From assembly GCA_937899865.1 (NCBI GenBank), contig CALBRH010000055.1:21356-85355 (forward strand): 64,000 nucleotides of DNA, written 5' to 3'. Under the pieces are notes generated by a model. The model did no database searches. It was not told where the DNA came from and saw only the letters and a program-made list of their open reading frames with translations. Positions 1-9,137 of the stretch are shown here, piece by piece. Within the stretch, counting starts at the first letter, position 1; each line of letters opens with the position of its first letter. Position numbers and translations under genes: made by a program. Source of the stretch: an uncultured euryarchaeote (GTDB lineage Archaea > Thermoplasmatota > Poseidoniia > Poseidoniales > Poseidoniaceae).

Positions 1-3000
1 ACCACTCATAAGATTCACCGGGTGAAAATATCGAACTGGTGAATGTGTTGCCACTAAATCCACTATCTATTAATGAGTCAAAGACTAATAATCCAGATTC
101 AGTATTAATGAATAATTTATACGATGTAGCAGAAGAAACCTGTGTCCATTCTAGTTGTACTGACTGGACTGAATTAATTGGTAAATTACTAACATCATAC
201 AAAATTTCACCGTCACTTGGAGATATTGGTAGCGGTTGACTCGGTGGCAAATATTGATTGATATTCTCAATATAGGTTAAATTAATTGTTGGCTTCATTC
301 CATTTATTGATTCTGATGAATGGAATTCAATGAAATTATTTTGTCCAGAAACCGCAGTTAATTTAAACGACAATGTATCATTATTTGTGAAAAAGTTTGT
401 CTGCCCAAGATATGTTAAATCCCAGGAAACTAAGTTACCACTAGTCCCAGTAATACTTGTTCTTGTAATTTCAGAAGTTGAACAAGTAGGAGTTGATTGA
501 TAACTAATCAATGATTCTTCGAAACCATCACAAGCATAAACAGATACTGCTATTGGTGATTGAGTTATCATATTTGAGATTACTTCCAATTCTAAAGTCA
601 TAGATATAGGTGTAGCAGTTGGAACGAAATACAATTCCGATAAATTATATTCGAAATATGCTTCAAACACTCCTCCTGACGATGGATTTGTACCAACGCT
701 AATTGTAGGGGATTGTCCCAAATTTAGGTTGTTAGATGAATCAGTAGAAGCATCAGATACCATCGGGTTATCTCCTGTAAGAGTAAAAACAGAACCTCGT
801 GAAAGTTCAACTGTATAATTTTCGTAGCCGTCAAAAATAGCTTGGTTCTCTGGGATTCGATAATGATAAATTGGAGAGTAATGTCCAATTCTATGCTCTT
901 GATCTACTCTAAATCTCCAATATTGCCATTGATCACCGGCATTTGACTCAATTTCATCAATATCAGTATAATTGAATAAATTCAAGATTGAATCCCAGGA
1001 ATAATTTTCGACATTACTAGTACTTTGAACACAATCTAGCCAGCGAATCTGAGTACCATGGCATAGATTTATTGTTGTATGATTTGAAACTGGTTGAGAA
1101 ACTTCGAAAGAAATATTATCAGCACCAACTAATGATGGTGATGATTCGTTCCATAAAGTTGAGCCGTTGGCCGGGCTAATTAGAGATACAGTTGGCGGCA
1201 ACCATGATTCAACAGTTCGGTATTGGATAGATAATTTTGGTCGAAGTGAAATATTTGTATTTTCACTATCAGCAAAAATGTAACTGCCCTCAACAATCCC
1301 TGTTGGAGAATTAAACACCTCAGGTTGCAATAAAATCGATGCTACATCTTGATTAGATTCTACTGTTAACTGTAATATGCGGGTGACATTCCAAGAGAAA
1401 GTCCCAATTGAGTCAACATATACCATAGAGTCTGGTAAATCAGAATCTGCGCCTCTTAATGCCCCACTATTTATCCACTGAACTCCTGAAGAGGAATTAT
1501 CCCAAGTGGAATTTTCATCCCAGTTGGCTAAAATCCTAGATGCTGAGATATCAACTGCTCCAGAACCGTTGACTGCTGTTAATTCTAAATCTGCACTAAT
1601 TATCTCATACACACTCGGTAGAGTAAGTGTGGACAAATTAAAACTAACAATAGATGTTATTGAGGATAAATTGCTATTCAAAATTGTGCTATTTCCAACT
1701 CTTATTCCTCCGGTATCATTGCTCTGATATGGATTTCCTTCATCAAGATAAATGTCTGAGGTAGCAGAAGGATAATTTGTTGGTGGGAATAAACTTCCAT
1801 CTTGAATGTAAATAGTTGCGTCTGTCTGATTTATTTCTTGACCAATTGAATTAGGTATAAAATACATTGATTGGTTACTACGTTGGCCTAACATTTCTTG
1901 TTCAATTGGTTGTACAGACCAATTTATTGAATTTCCAAAATTAATATCCTGATCCGGTGTAAAAGATAGTGTAACTAAATCGAACAACTCGGGATTCACT
2001 CTCGAATCAAACATTAAATCTCCTTCCATATCGTTGTTAGGGTCTAATTGGAAGAAAATCCGCCATGCATCTGGAGTTGATACACTACTTTGAGGCAAAG
2101 ACCAGGTAAAGGTAGGCCTCAATTCAGGTAATATTGCATGGGAGGTTTGATTAAAGTAAATTTGTCCATCGAGCGGTAGAATAGTCTCAATGATATCAGA
2201 AGGAATTGTTCTCTGACCTTCGACCCATGTCATGTTTATTGTTGGTTTCGTGTTGGAGAAATCTGATGAATAGAAATACACCAACTGACCAGGCAAATCT
2301 GTATCTGAGTAAATCATCAAAGACAAACTTGTCCTACCTTCGGCCAGCGCTCTTTGAGCTATTTGTGTTATATTCCACACATTCTTCCCTACTTGAGACA
2401 TTACTATGTCAAGAGGTTCAGAAACATCAGAACCTATTCCTCGCCCACCTAATTCACTCCAATTATTTGTTGAATTATATCTAAAGTTATTAGCGTTTAA
2501 ATCCCAAGGAGTTAGAACTTCTCTAACAGCTAATCTAACATTAGCAGATGAAAGTGGAGTTGCCTCAAGAGAGAACATTGCCGAAGTTAGAGATGCATTT
2601 TCTGGATGCATTGCTAGTGGTATTGGTACAGAAATTAACATTGAATTATTAGCACCATCAGCCAATCTTCCTACACTCAAAATTGATTCGGTTTCTCCAT
2701 TGACAATATCTAATGTACTTCTGTCATTGATATGTAAATCTGCAAAATTTATCATTTGTTGATTGGAAAAAGCACTACCATGAGAATATTCAGTAGTAAA
2801 TGAATTGTGTGTGAGTGGGTGGTAATTTAAATCCGGTAGGAAAAATGTGAAACTTTGTGACCACTCGCCAAGTTGGAAGGTATTCGATAAACCTCTAACC
2901 CTCCAGTACCAGACCTTACCAATATCTAAGGAACTTTGCAACTCATATTCGCATCCAGCAATATCAAATCCTGGGTCATTCCAAGAAGTAATTGAACGCT

Positions 3001-5842
3001 TGTCAATGGAATCAAAATTGCTGGATGAATCAATTTCAATCGCCCAGCCAACAATTGGCATCGGACTATTATTATTCCATGACAAATCTAAGTCTATGTC
3101 AGTTTCTAGGGTGGAATTATTTTTGAAAACCCATTCGCCATCAGCAGGACTTTGCGCAGTTGGAGGTGTAGGCTTTTGATTAGAACCTAAAGTAAAGATT
3201 ATCTCTAGTTGGGGCTGATCTTGTGAGTCTTGGCTCAAAGGTGAATTGAATATTGCAGTAGAACCGTAATAACCCGGCATAATTTCTAACATAAAATTAA
3301 GATTTTTTCCATCTCTCATCGAATTTTGGACTGAACTTGTCACATTCCAAACAGTACAACAATTAGAGGCTACAGAGGAATTACTCAACAGATTAACTCG
3401 GTCTAAGGTTCCCGTTGCCCCAGGCGAATCCCATTGAATTCCACTAGATGATTCAATCCAAGTCACTTCTTGTTCGTTCCAATCATCTGACACTAATTCC
3501 CATACACCTACATTAGGAGAATTAGTTGATGAAACTGTAGTCATAGTTAGGTTAGATGAAATTACTGCATAACCCTGAGGTAGAAGATAACTTTGTAAAT
3601 TAAGGCCTAACAGAGCATTATACTTTCCAAGTGACATTGTATCTGCGATAAATATGTTAGAATAACCGTAACTATTGGTGGTTGGAGAGTTACTGGCAAT
3701 AGAACTAAACTTAAATCCAGGAATTGAATTTACATTTGAATCTACTGAGTTATTTAGAATAAATCTAAACATATTGCCACCTAGCCATTCAGATTCAAGG
3801 GTAGAAATAAACAGTGAAGAAGCATTCCAATCCCCTATTCTACCATCTCCGTCAACCTGCTTTATCCTCCAATGATAAATGTCTCCTTTAGACAATTGAT
3901 TTGATGAAGTAAATGTGTAATTTTGTAAAGCTGTAAGAGATGTTAATGATAGATCTCTACTATCTAAGTCTAAAATAACGTCTCTAAATAATGGATCGTT
4001 CGATACTTGCAAAAAGTAATCCATAAATACTCCATCTGAAGATTGCCATTCTAACTCAGGCGTTGTATCGCCGCTTAAATTGTCATTTTCAATTTCCCAA
4101 ACAGGTTCTGTGTTTATTGGAGAAATTAGTTCTACATCTGGAATTGATTGATTCGCAGTCCATGAATATGTCAAACTCACACTTGGTGTATTTCCAGAAA
4201 CTCCTTGAAATTCGGACGAAGCAAATTTAATTTCTTCCAGTTGAGATGGTGGCGAATCATCTGGTAAAAATCCAGTTAATACATAACTCAAAGGAACATT
4301 AGAAGATTCATCTAGATGTTTTTGAAGTGAATTTTGGATATCAAAATCAAATGTATTTGAGGCTGAATTAGAATCAATATTTGATTGTTCAGATGACCCA
4401 ATTTGATTTAGCCCCCCATTAGCCCATTGTTGACCAATTTTACCATAGTTCCAAGTAGCCTCAGACTCACTCCACAAGGAATGCTCAATTGGGTGTAAAG
4501 AAAGAGTTGGCCCTTGAGAAGTAACTGTTTGTCTGTCCAATTCCAGTGATGCAGAAACTATAGTCGCATTGCTATGAATGCCTAGCATATTAAAATTGAT
4601 TTTCAACAAACTTATTTTATTATCATTCACATCGTTAGACACATACAAATATTGTTCCTCACCGTGTCCTTGAATTGCCGAAGTATCAATGTACGTATCT
4701 TCAATAAAATCAGTGCCCATCAAATTAAAATCGTTTTGCCCCAAGGTTATTGTTGCTGTACCATCTGAATTGTTTACGGTATTGTAATCTGGCAACAAAA
4801 AGTATCCTTCAGACCAATCCGATATTTTTGAGGTGTTATCAATGGACCTAATTCTATGGTGAATTATTGACCCTAGTGGAAATGATTCAGAATTAGGAAT
4901 ATTGTAATATCCAGCAGCACCAGAAGTTGTAAACTGGTTGCTTAATGTTGAATAAATCCAAGTCAAGTCTGTGATGTTTCTAAAATCACTTGATAATGAA
5001 AATTGGAACTCTACATCGGTTCCTACAAGGTTATCAAAACTAATCCTAGGATTTATGTCAGCAGCCATAATAAAATCGTTTTTCATTAACGGAACACCGT
5101 CAACAGCAAAATTTTGTTCAACTGAACCACCGTCGCTATGAAAACCAGATGAATGTGAAATAATTAGTTCAGGATGATAAGATGTAGTAACATTGTTGCC
5201 TTTAGCACAGGCAATATTACCTCCGAGGCCAGAAATAATGATATCAAATGTACTCCTTCCCAAGTGTAAACTGGTTTGAACTAATTTAGTAACATTAAGA
5301 TTGTACTCATAAATATTTGAAGTAATAGAGGCACTTGAAGATGGTACATCCCAATCTTTTCTATCAAATTCTCCATCAACACCAGGTTTCTGCCATGCTA
5401 TTGAATTGGCAATACTATTCCAAGTAACTTCAGAAGGTGCAAAGTTCCCATATATTGTTGCAGGGTAGAGAACGGGTAATTGACTAGGAGTTTGCTGATA
5501 CAAGACCTCGCATGTAAGTCTAAGTTCAGCATCTAAAATAAGATCAGAGGATTTGCTCAGATTGTTTGAAAATTTGTATAGAGCCCGCTCTTCACCACCT
5601 AATTGATTAATACCAACATTATTCTCTGAATTGCTGTTATAGTTAAAATCTGGAAACTCAGACGAAATATGCACTTCTGAATTTGGTGAGTAAGAATAGA
5701 TGGAGTATGAAGGATTATGATCATTCAATTCTAAATTGTAGTCATTTTCAGCAACCAAAATTTCGCTAAAAATAAACAAAAAAACAATGAAAATCGCAGT
5801 TAATGCTTGACGTTTTTCGGACGCGTAAGGCATGGGACTCAT
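1..5842 (-). CDS. Large secreted/surface protein with ~6 tandem DNRLRE-like (CBM96-type) + Fn3-like units; partial, runs off the left edge (>1940 aa)
   Basis: Not in the ORF track, consistent with no stop before the window edge. Manual translation from ATG 5842 (or 5833) gives MSPMPYASEKRQALTAIFIVFLFIFSEILVAEN (signal-like). The frame is still open at positions 120-2 (KLFINTESG...FSPGESYEW). Recurrent motifs WDENSTWDNSSSGVQWINSG, WNEQEVTWIESSSGIQWDSPG, WSESEATWNYG and W(N/D)(V/I/L)T resemble DNRLRE domains. Confidence 0.85.
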   Translation of the reverse strand, partial: MSPMPYASEKRQALTAIFIVFLFIFSEILVAENDYNLELNDHNPSYSIYSYSPNSEVHISSEFPDFNYNSNSENNVGINQLGGEERALYKFSNNLSKSSDLILDAELRLTCEVLYQQTPSQLPVLYPATIYGNFAPSEVTWNSIANSIAWQKPGVDGEFDRKDWDVPSSSASITSNIYEYNLNVTKLVQTSLHLGRSTFDIIISGLGGNIACAKGNNVTTSYHPELIISHSSGFHSDGGSVEQNFAVDGVPLMKNDFIMAADINPRISFDNLVGTDVEFQFSLSSDFRNITDLTWIYSTLSNQFTTSGAAGYYNIPNSESFPLGSIIHHRIRSIDNTSKISDWSEGYFLLPDYNTVNNSDGTATITLGQNDFNLMGTDFIEDTYIDTSAIQGHGEEQYLYVSNDVNDNKISLLKINFNMLGIHSNATIVSASLELDRQTVTSQGPTLSLHPIEHSLWSESEATWNYGKIGQQWANGGLNQIGSSEQSNIDSNSASNTFDFDIQNSLQKHLDESSNVPLSYVLTGFLPDDSPPSQLEEIKFASSEFQGVSGNTPSVSLTYSWTANQSIPDVELISPINTEPVWEIENDNLSGDTTPELEWQSSDGVFMDYFLQVSNDPLFRDVILDLDSRDLSLTSLTALQNYTFTSSNQLSKGDIYHWRIKQVDGDGRIGDWNASSLFISTLESEWLGGNMFRFILNNSVDSNVNSIPGFKFSSIASNSPTTNSYGYSNIFIADTMSLGKYNALLGLNLQSYLLPQGYAVISSNLTMTTVSSTNSPNVGVWELVSDDWNEQEVTWIESSSGIQWDSPGATGTLDRVNLLSNSSVASNCCTVWNVTSSVQNSMRDGKNLNFMLEIMPGYYGSTAIFNSPLSQDSQDQPQLEIIFTLGSNQKPTPPTAQSPADGEWVFKNNSTLETDIDLDLSWNNNSPMPIVGWAIEIDSSSNFDSIDKRSITSWNDPGFDIAGCEYELQSSLDIGKVWYWRVRGLSNTFQLGEWSQSFTFFLPDLNYHPLTHNSFTTEYSHGSAFSNQQMINFADLHINDRSTLDIVNGETESILSVGRLADGANNSMLISVPIPLAMHPENASLTSAMFSLEATPLSSANVRLAVREVLTPWDLNANNFRYNSTNNWSELGGRGIGSDVSEPLDIVMSQVGKNVWNITQIAQRALAEGRTSLSLMIYSDTDLPGQLVYFYSSDFSNTKPTINMTWVEGQRTIPSDIIETILPLDGQIYFNQTSHAILPELRPTFTWSLPQSSVSTPDAWRIFFQLDPNNDMEGDLMFDSRVNPELFDLVTLSFTPDQDINFGNSINWSVQPIEQEMLGQRSNQSMYFIPNSIGQEINQTDATIYIQDGSLFPPTNYPSATSDIYLDEGNPYQSNDTGGIRVGNSTILNSNLSSITSIVSFNLSTLTLPSVYEIISADLELTAVNGSGAVDISASRILANWDENSTWDNSSSGVQWINSGALRGADSDLPDSMVYVDSIGTFSWNVTRILQLTVESNQDVASILLQPEVFNSPTGIVEGSYIFADSENTNISLRPKLSIQYRTVESWLPPTVSLISPANGSTLWNESSPSLVGADNISFEVSQPVSNHTTINLCHGTQIRWLDCVQSTSNVENYSWDSILNLFNYTDIDEIESNAGDQWQYWRFRVDQEHRIGHYSPIYHYRIPENQAIFDGYENYTVELSRGSVFTLTGDNPMVSDASTDSSNNLNLGQSPTISVGTNPSSGGVFEAYFEYNLSELYFVPTATPISMTLELEVISNMITQSPIAVSVYACDGFEESLISYQSTPTCSTSEITRTSITGTSGNLVSWDLTYLGQTNFFTNNDTLSFKLTAVSGQNNFIEFHSSESINGMKPTINLTYIENINQYLPPSQPLPISPSDGEILYDVSNLPINSVQSVQLEWTQVSSATSYKLFINTESGLLVFDSLIDSGFSGNTFTSSIFSPGESYEW

Positions 5843-5976
5843 CACTGAGACATAGTCTCCTTTTACTGTCTTTTCCCTTGATTGTATTTGTATATTAAGA
5901 GAAGTGAGAATTTAGCCGATAAAATATAGCGCTTTTTATCATAATGTTGAAGGGCGTTCGCCATCTTCATCAACCC

Positions 5977-6933
5977 ATGAGCGAGTTATGGGTTGAGAAA
6001 CACAGACCTCGCTCTGTCAGTGAGATTAGAGGACAACCAGCAGTAGTCCAACGTTTGACTATTTATGCAGAAAAAAAACAGTTTCCTCACTTACTTTTTG
6101 CTGGCCCTCCTGGTACTGGAAAAACCACTGCCGCCATGGCATTAACCAAGGATGTTTTCGGAGAAAATTATAGAGAAAATTTGTTAGAAATGAACGCATC
6201 TGACGAAAGAAAACTTGAGAGTATTAGAACAAAAGTCAAGCAATTTGCTCGCACTAGTCCTTATGGAGGCGCTGCCTTCAAGATTATCTTCCTTGACGAG
6301 GCTGATGCATTAACTAACGATGCACAAGGTGCGCTTAGAAGAATAATGGAGCAATATGCCGAAACTTGTCGATTCATTCTTTCCTGCAATTATTCCTCGA
6401 AAATAATTGAACCAATTCAATCTCGATGTGCTGTGTTTAGATTTAGACCTCTTGCTGATTCAGATGTCAATCAGCAAGTTCACCATGTTGCTAAAATTGA
6501 GAAAGTGAATCTTGACGATGATGCCGCTGAAGCTCTAACAAGAATTAGTCAAGGCGATTTGAGAAAGGCATTAACTGCTCTGCAAGTATCAGCGGCTCTA
6601 AGTAGCGATGTGACGCGTGAATTGATCTATGAAACTTCAGCAACAGCACCTCCAGAAAGTCTACATCAATATCTCAAAGCATGCCGTGATGATGGTTTCC
6701 ATTCTGCTAGAAGAAGGCTTAGAGAATTACTTGACAAATATGGACTTGCAGGAACAGATTTTGTCAACCAACTTCACCGTGAATTGTACTCTGCTGATTT
6801 CCTGAGTGAAGAATCCAAACTTGATTTGACAGAATGGATGGCGGAAGTTGACTACAGATTAGTAGAAGGTGGAGGGGAACAAATCCAGTTAGATGCACTA
6901 ACTGCAAGATTAGTAACTCATCTCAAACAATAA
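5977..6933 (+). CDS. rfcS: Replication factor C small subunit (clamp loader AAA+ ATPase)
   Basis: WVEKHRP, Walker A GPPGTGKTT, LEMNASDER, Walker B IIFLDEAD, SRC motif. Likely start is MSELW at 5977 (ORF track starts at 5944). Confidence 0.97.
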   Translation: MSELWVEKHRPRSVSEIRGQPAVVQRLTIYAEKKQFPHLLFAGPPGTGKTTAAMALTKDVFGENYRENLLEMNASDERKLESIRTKVKQFARTSPYGGAAFKIIFLDEADALTNDAQGALRRIMEQYAETCRFILSCNYSSKIIEPIQSRCAVFRFRPLADSDVNQQVHHVAKIEKVNLDDDAAEALTRISQGDLRKALTALQVSAALSSDVTRELIYETSATAPPESLHQYLKACRDDGFHSARRRLRELLDKYGLAGTDFVNQLHRELYSADFLSEESKLDLTEWMAEVDYRLVEGGGEQIQLDALTARLVTHLKQ

Positions 6934-6999
6934 TCACTTTCACTTTCACCTTACCCGTTAGAAAAAGTGACTACTACCTCAAACCTTTCAATTGATTTG

Positions 7000-7170
7000 A
7001 TGAGAACTGATGGGTTACTTAATGCACTATGCTGGACACCGCTTGCTGGGCCAATAAGAGCTATTCGTAAGCAAAGAATAAACAGAATTTCAAGAGAGAA
7101 TTATGACAAAAGGAAAATTGATTCAATTATCAACCAAATTGTCTCAAATCACGGCGATTTATTATCATGA
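7000..7170 (+). CDS. Possible small basic hypothetical protein
   Basis: ORF MRTDGLLNALCWTPLAGPIRAIRKQR... fills the gap between rfcS and the convergent 7165 gene. No recognisable motif. Confidence 0.3.
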   Translation: MRTDGLLNALCWTPLAGPIRAIRKQRINRISRENYDKRKIDSIINQIVSNHGDLLS

Positions 7171-8082
7171 ATCACTTGATTCAACCGCTTCTACGACTAC
7201 GAGTTTCCAATTATACTCTCTCTCGTTTTCCCAAGGATCGCCATCCTCTTTGATAGTGACTAGAATGTCATGAGTACCAACAGCTAAATCATTACCGAGA
7301 TTAATAGCAAATGGTTGATCTTTTTCGTGAGGTACTAAATTAGGTGCAGAAGAATTATCTGTTTTGGTTCCATTAGCAATTCTATCTGAATTATTTGCCC
7401 AAAAATATTCATCGCTATTCAATTCTGTTACAACTGACTGGTGAGTTAATTCAACGATCACCTCTGCACCATCAGAATTGACGTTATCTGCTAATGCGAA
7501 CAATAGCCACACTTCACCATCTAGTCTGCCATCGTTTTCAACTACCCATTCAATGACTCCATCTTTGCTCGAATCTTCATTGAACAACAACACTTCACCA
7601 TCATCAGTAGCAATGGCCCAATGGCTGGCAAGTTTGGGTGCAACGATATCTCCCATTGGCGGATTGACCAACAAAAATGACATCGCTAAGAAAGTAAATG
7701 TGTGCAAGAATCCAGCCTTAAACCATGTTCCTTTGCCATAAAACTCTTGGAATGATTTTGGCATAACCATTCGATGAATTTGAGGAATCAATATTATTGC
7801 ACTAAGTGGCATCAGATATAGAATATCTGACTTTTCTGGCGAAGTATTTGGCATCAAAACATAACGCATCATCAATGTGACAATGATAGAAAAACTGATC
7901 ACTAGCCACATTGAAGCAGTATCAGCTTTTTCTTTTTTCACGTGTTTTACTGGGTCGAACGGTTCGATTCCTAAATTCGGTCCGCTTCTTCGGACCCTCC
8001 TTTCCTCGCTAGCAGCACCAGCACGCTGTTTGCGCTCCGCAGCAGCAGCAGCCATCGCTGTTTGAAGGTCGACCATGACCAC
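7165..8082 (-). CDS. Hypothetical membrane protein (3 TM plus soluble C-terminal domain)
   Basis: 305-aa ORF with hydrophobic segments (MWLVISFSIIVTLMM, ILYLMPLSAIILIP, FLHTFTFLAMSFLLV) followed by an acidic beta-rich region. Confidence 0.75.
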   Translation of the reverse strand: MVMVDLQTAMAAAAAERKQRAGAASEERRVRRSGPNLGIEPFDPVKHVKKEKADTASMWLVISFSIIVTLMMRYVLMPNTSPEKSDILYLMPLSAIILIPQIHRMVMPKSFQEFYGKGTWFKAGFLHTFTFLAMSFLLVNPPMGDIVAPKLASHWAIATDDGEVLLFNEDSSKDGVIEWVVENDGRLDGEVWLLFALADNVNSDGAEVIVELTHQSVVTELNSDEYFWANNSDRIANGTKTDNSSAPNLVPHEKDQPFAINLGNDLAVGTHDILVTIKEDGDPWENEREYNWKLVVVEAVESSDS

Positions 8083-8196
8083 TGGGAAAACTGAGAGTGC
8101 ATGAATGCTACGGATGAATTATACCATTGATTTCAATATTTTACTAACATATTTCATCCGCATTATTCAAAGAGTCTATCCTTCACGACCGAATAA

Positions 8197-8324
8197 GCCG
8201 GGGTGGCGTAGTTGGTGGCGCGTCGGACTCATAGGGCAGCCTACAAGGCAATCGTATGACGTGCAACCCTTGCGGTGTCTGAGACATCCGAAGGTCGCGG
8301 GTTCAAGCCCCGCTCCCGGCACCA
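8197..8324 (+). tRNA. tRNA-Met(CAT), probably elongator, with a 52-nt intron at 37/38 (8234-8285)
   Basis: Acceptor stem GCCGGGG/TCCCGGC, anticodon stem TCGGA/TCCGA, CAT at 8230-8232, T-loop GTTCAAG, ACCA end. Removing 8234-8285 gives 76 nt. A bulge-helix-bulge forms (CUCA/UGAG helix, UAG and ACA bulges). G1-C72 argues against initiator tRNA. Confidence 0.95.
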
Positions 8325-8431
8325 TTGTTATTCGATTTTTTGTTGTTAGACTATTTTCATACCATGAACTTATATTCAACCTCCATTAGGTTCAATTAAC
8401 CATCGACTGAGTTACATCGGATTGTGAGACT

Positions 8432-9112
8432 ATGGCTAAATTATTGAAAATGGAAAATATTCAACGCTACTATGAAACTCCTGCTGGAGTAGTTAAAGCG
8501 CTTGACGGAATTGATATTGAAATTCATGAAGGAGAAAGAGTGATCTTACTTGGCCCCTCTGGTTCAGGAAAAACTACTCTTTTGAATTGCTTATCGGCTC
8601 TCGATAGCCCAACTGACGGCGATTATATTTTCTTAGATGAACATGTACCGAGAGATAATTCAGAAAAAATGACATCCTTTAGAAGATTAAACATTGGATA
8701 TGTATTTCAATTCTTCAATCTTTTACAAGATTTAACTGTTCTTGAAAACATACTGCTTATTCAAGAATTGTCTGGTAAAAAAGACCCAGACAGAGCAAAA
8801 CAATTACTAAAGTTGGTTGGCCTAGAAAAGGAAGTTGACCGATTTCCTGGAGAAATTAGTGGAGGGCAACAGCAAAGGGTAGCCATTGCAAGAAGTATTG
8901 CCAAGAAACCAACCCTATTACTAGGGGATGAATTAACAGGAAATTTGGATACTGAAACTTCACAAAAAGTAATGACTGTGCTGGTAAAAGCTTGTGAGCA
9001 AGAAAATATTACTGCAGTTTTTGTTACCCATGATGAGGGATTAGTACAGTATGCAACTAGAGTTATTCGAATCGATAGCGGCAAGATAATTTCGGATGAA
9101 CAAGTCAATTAG
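8432..9112 (+). CDS. ABC transporter ATP-binding protein, LolD/MacB-like
   Basis: GPSGSGKTT, GYVFQFFNLL, ISGGQQQRVAIAR, LLGDELTGNLD, VTHD. Confidence 0.95.
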   Translation: MAKLLKMENIQRYYETPAGVVKALDGIDIEIHEGERVILLGPSGSGKTTLLNCLSALDSPTDGDYIFLDEHVPRDNSEKMTSFRRLNIGYVFQFFNLLQDLTVLENILLIQELSGKKDPDRAKQLLKLVGLEKEVDRFPGEISGGQQQRVAIARSIAKKPTLLLGDELTGNLDTETSQKVMTVLVKACEQENITAVFVTHDEGLVQYATRVIRIDSGKIISDEQVN

Positions 9113-9137
9113 GATGAAAAAAAACTGAGGCCAAGAT

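Noticed and set aside
39-3875. Plus-strand ORFs 39-239, 1506-1727, 2206-2484, 2406-2762, 2847-3179, 3675-3875
   Set aside because: Antisense shadows of the long minus-strand DNRLRE-like gene; no motifs.
8234-8285. Possible C/D-box guide in the tRNA-Met intron (AUGACG ... CUGA)
   Set aside because: The box C match is poor, and CUGA is forced by BHB pairing with the anticodon loop; there is little room for C'/D' boxes.
8105-8389. ORFs overlapping tRNA-Met (8105-8389 +, 8176-8379 -)
   Set aside because: Fully explained by the tRNA gene.
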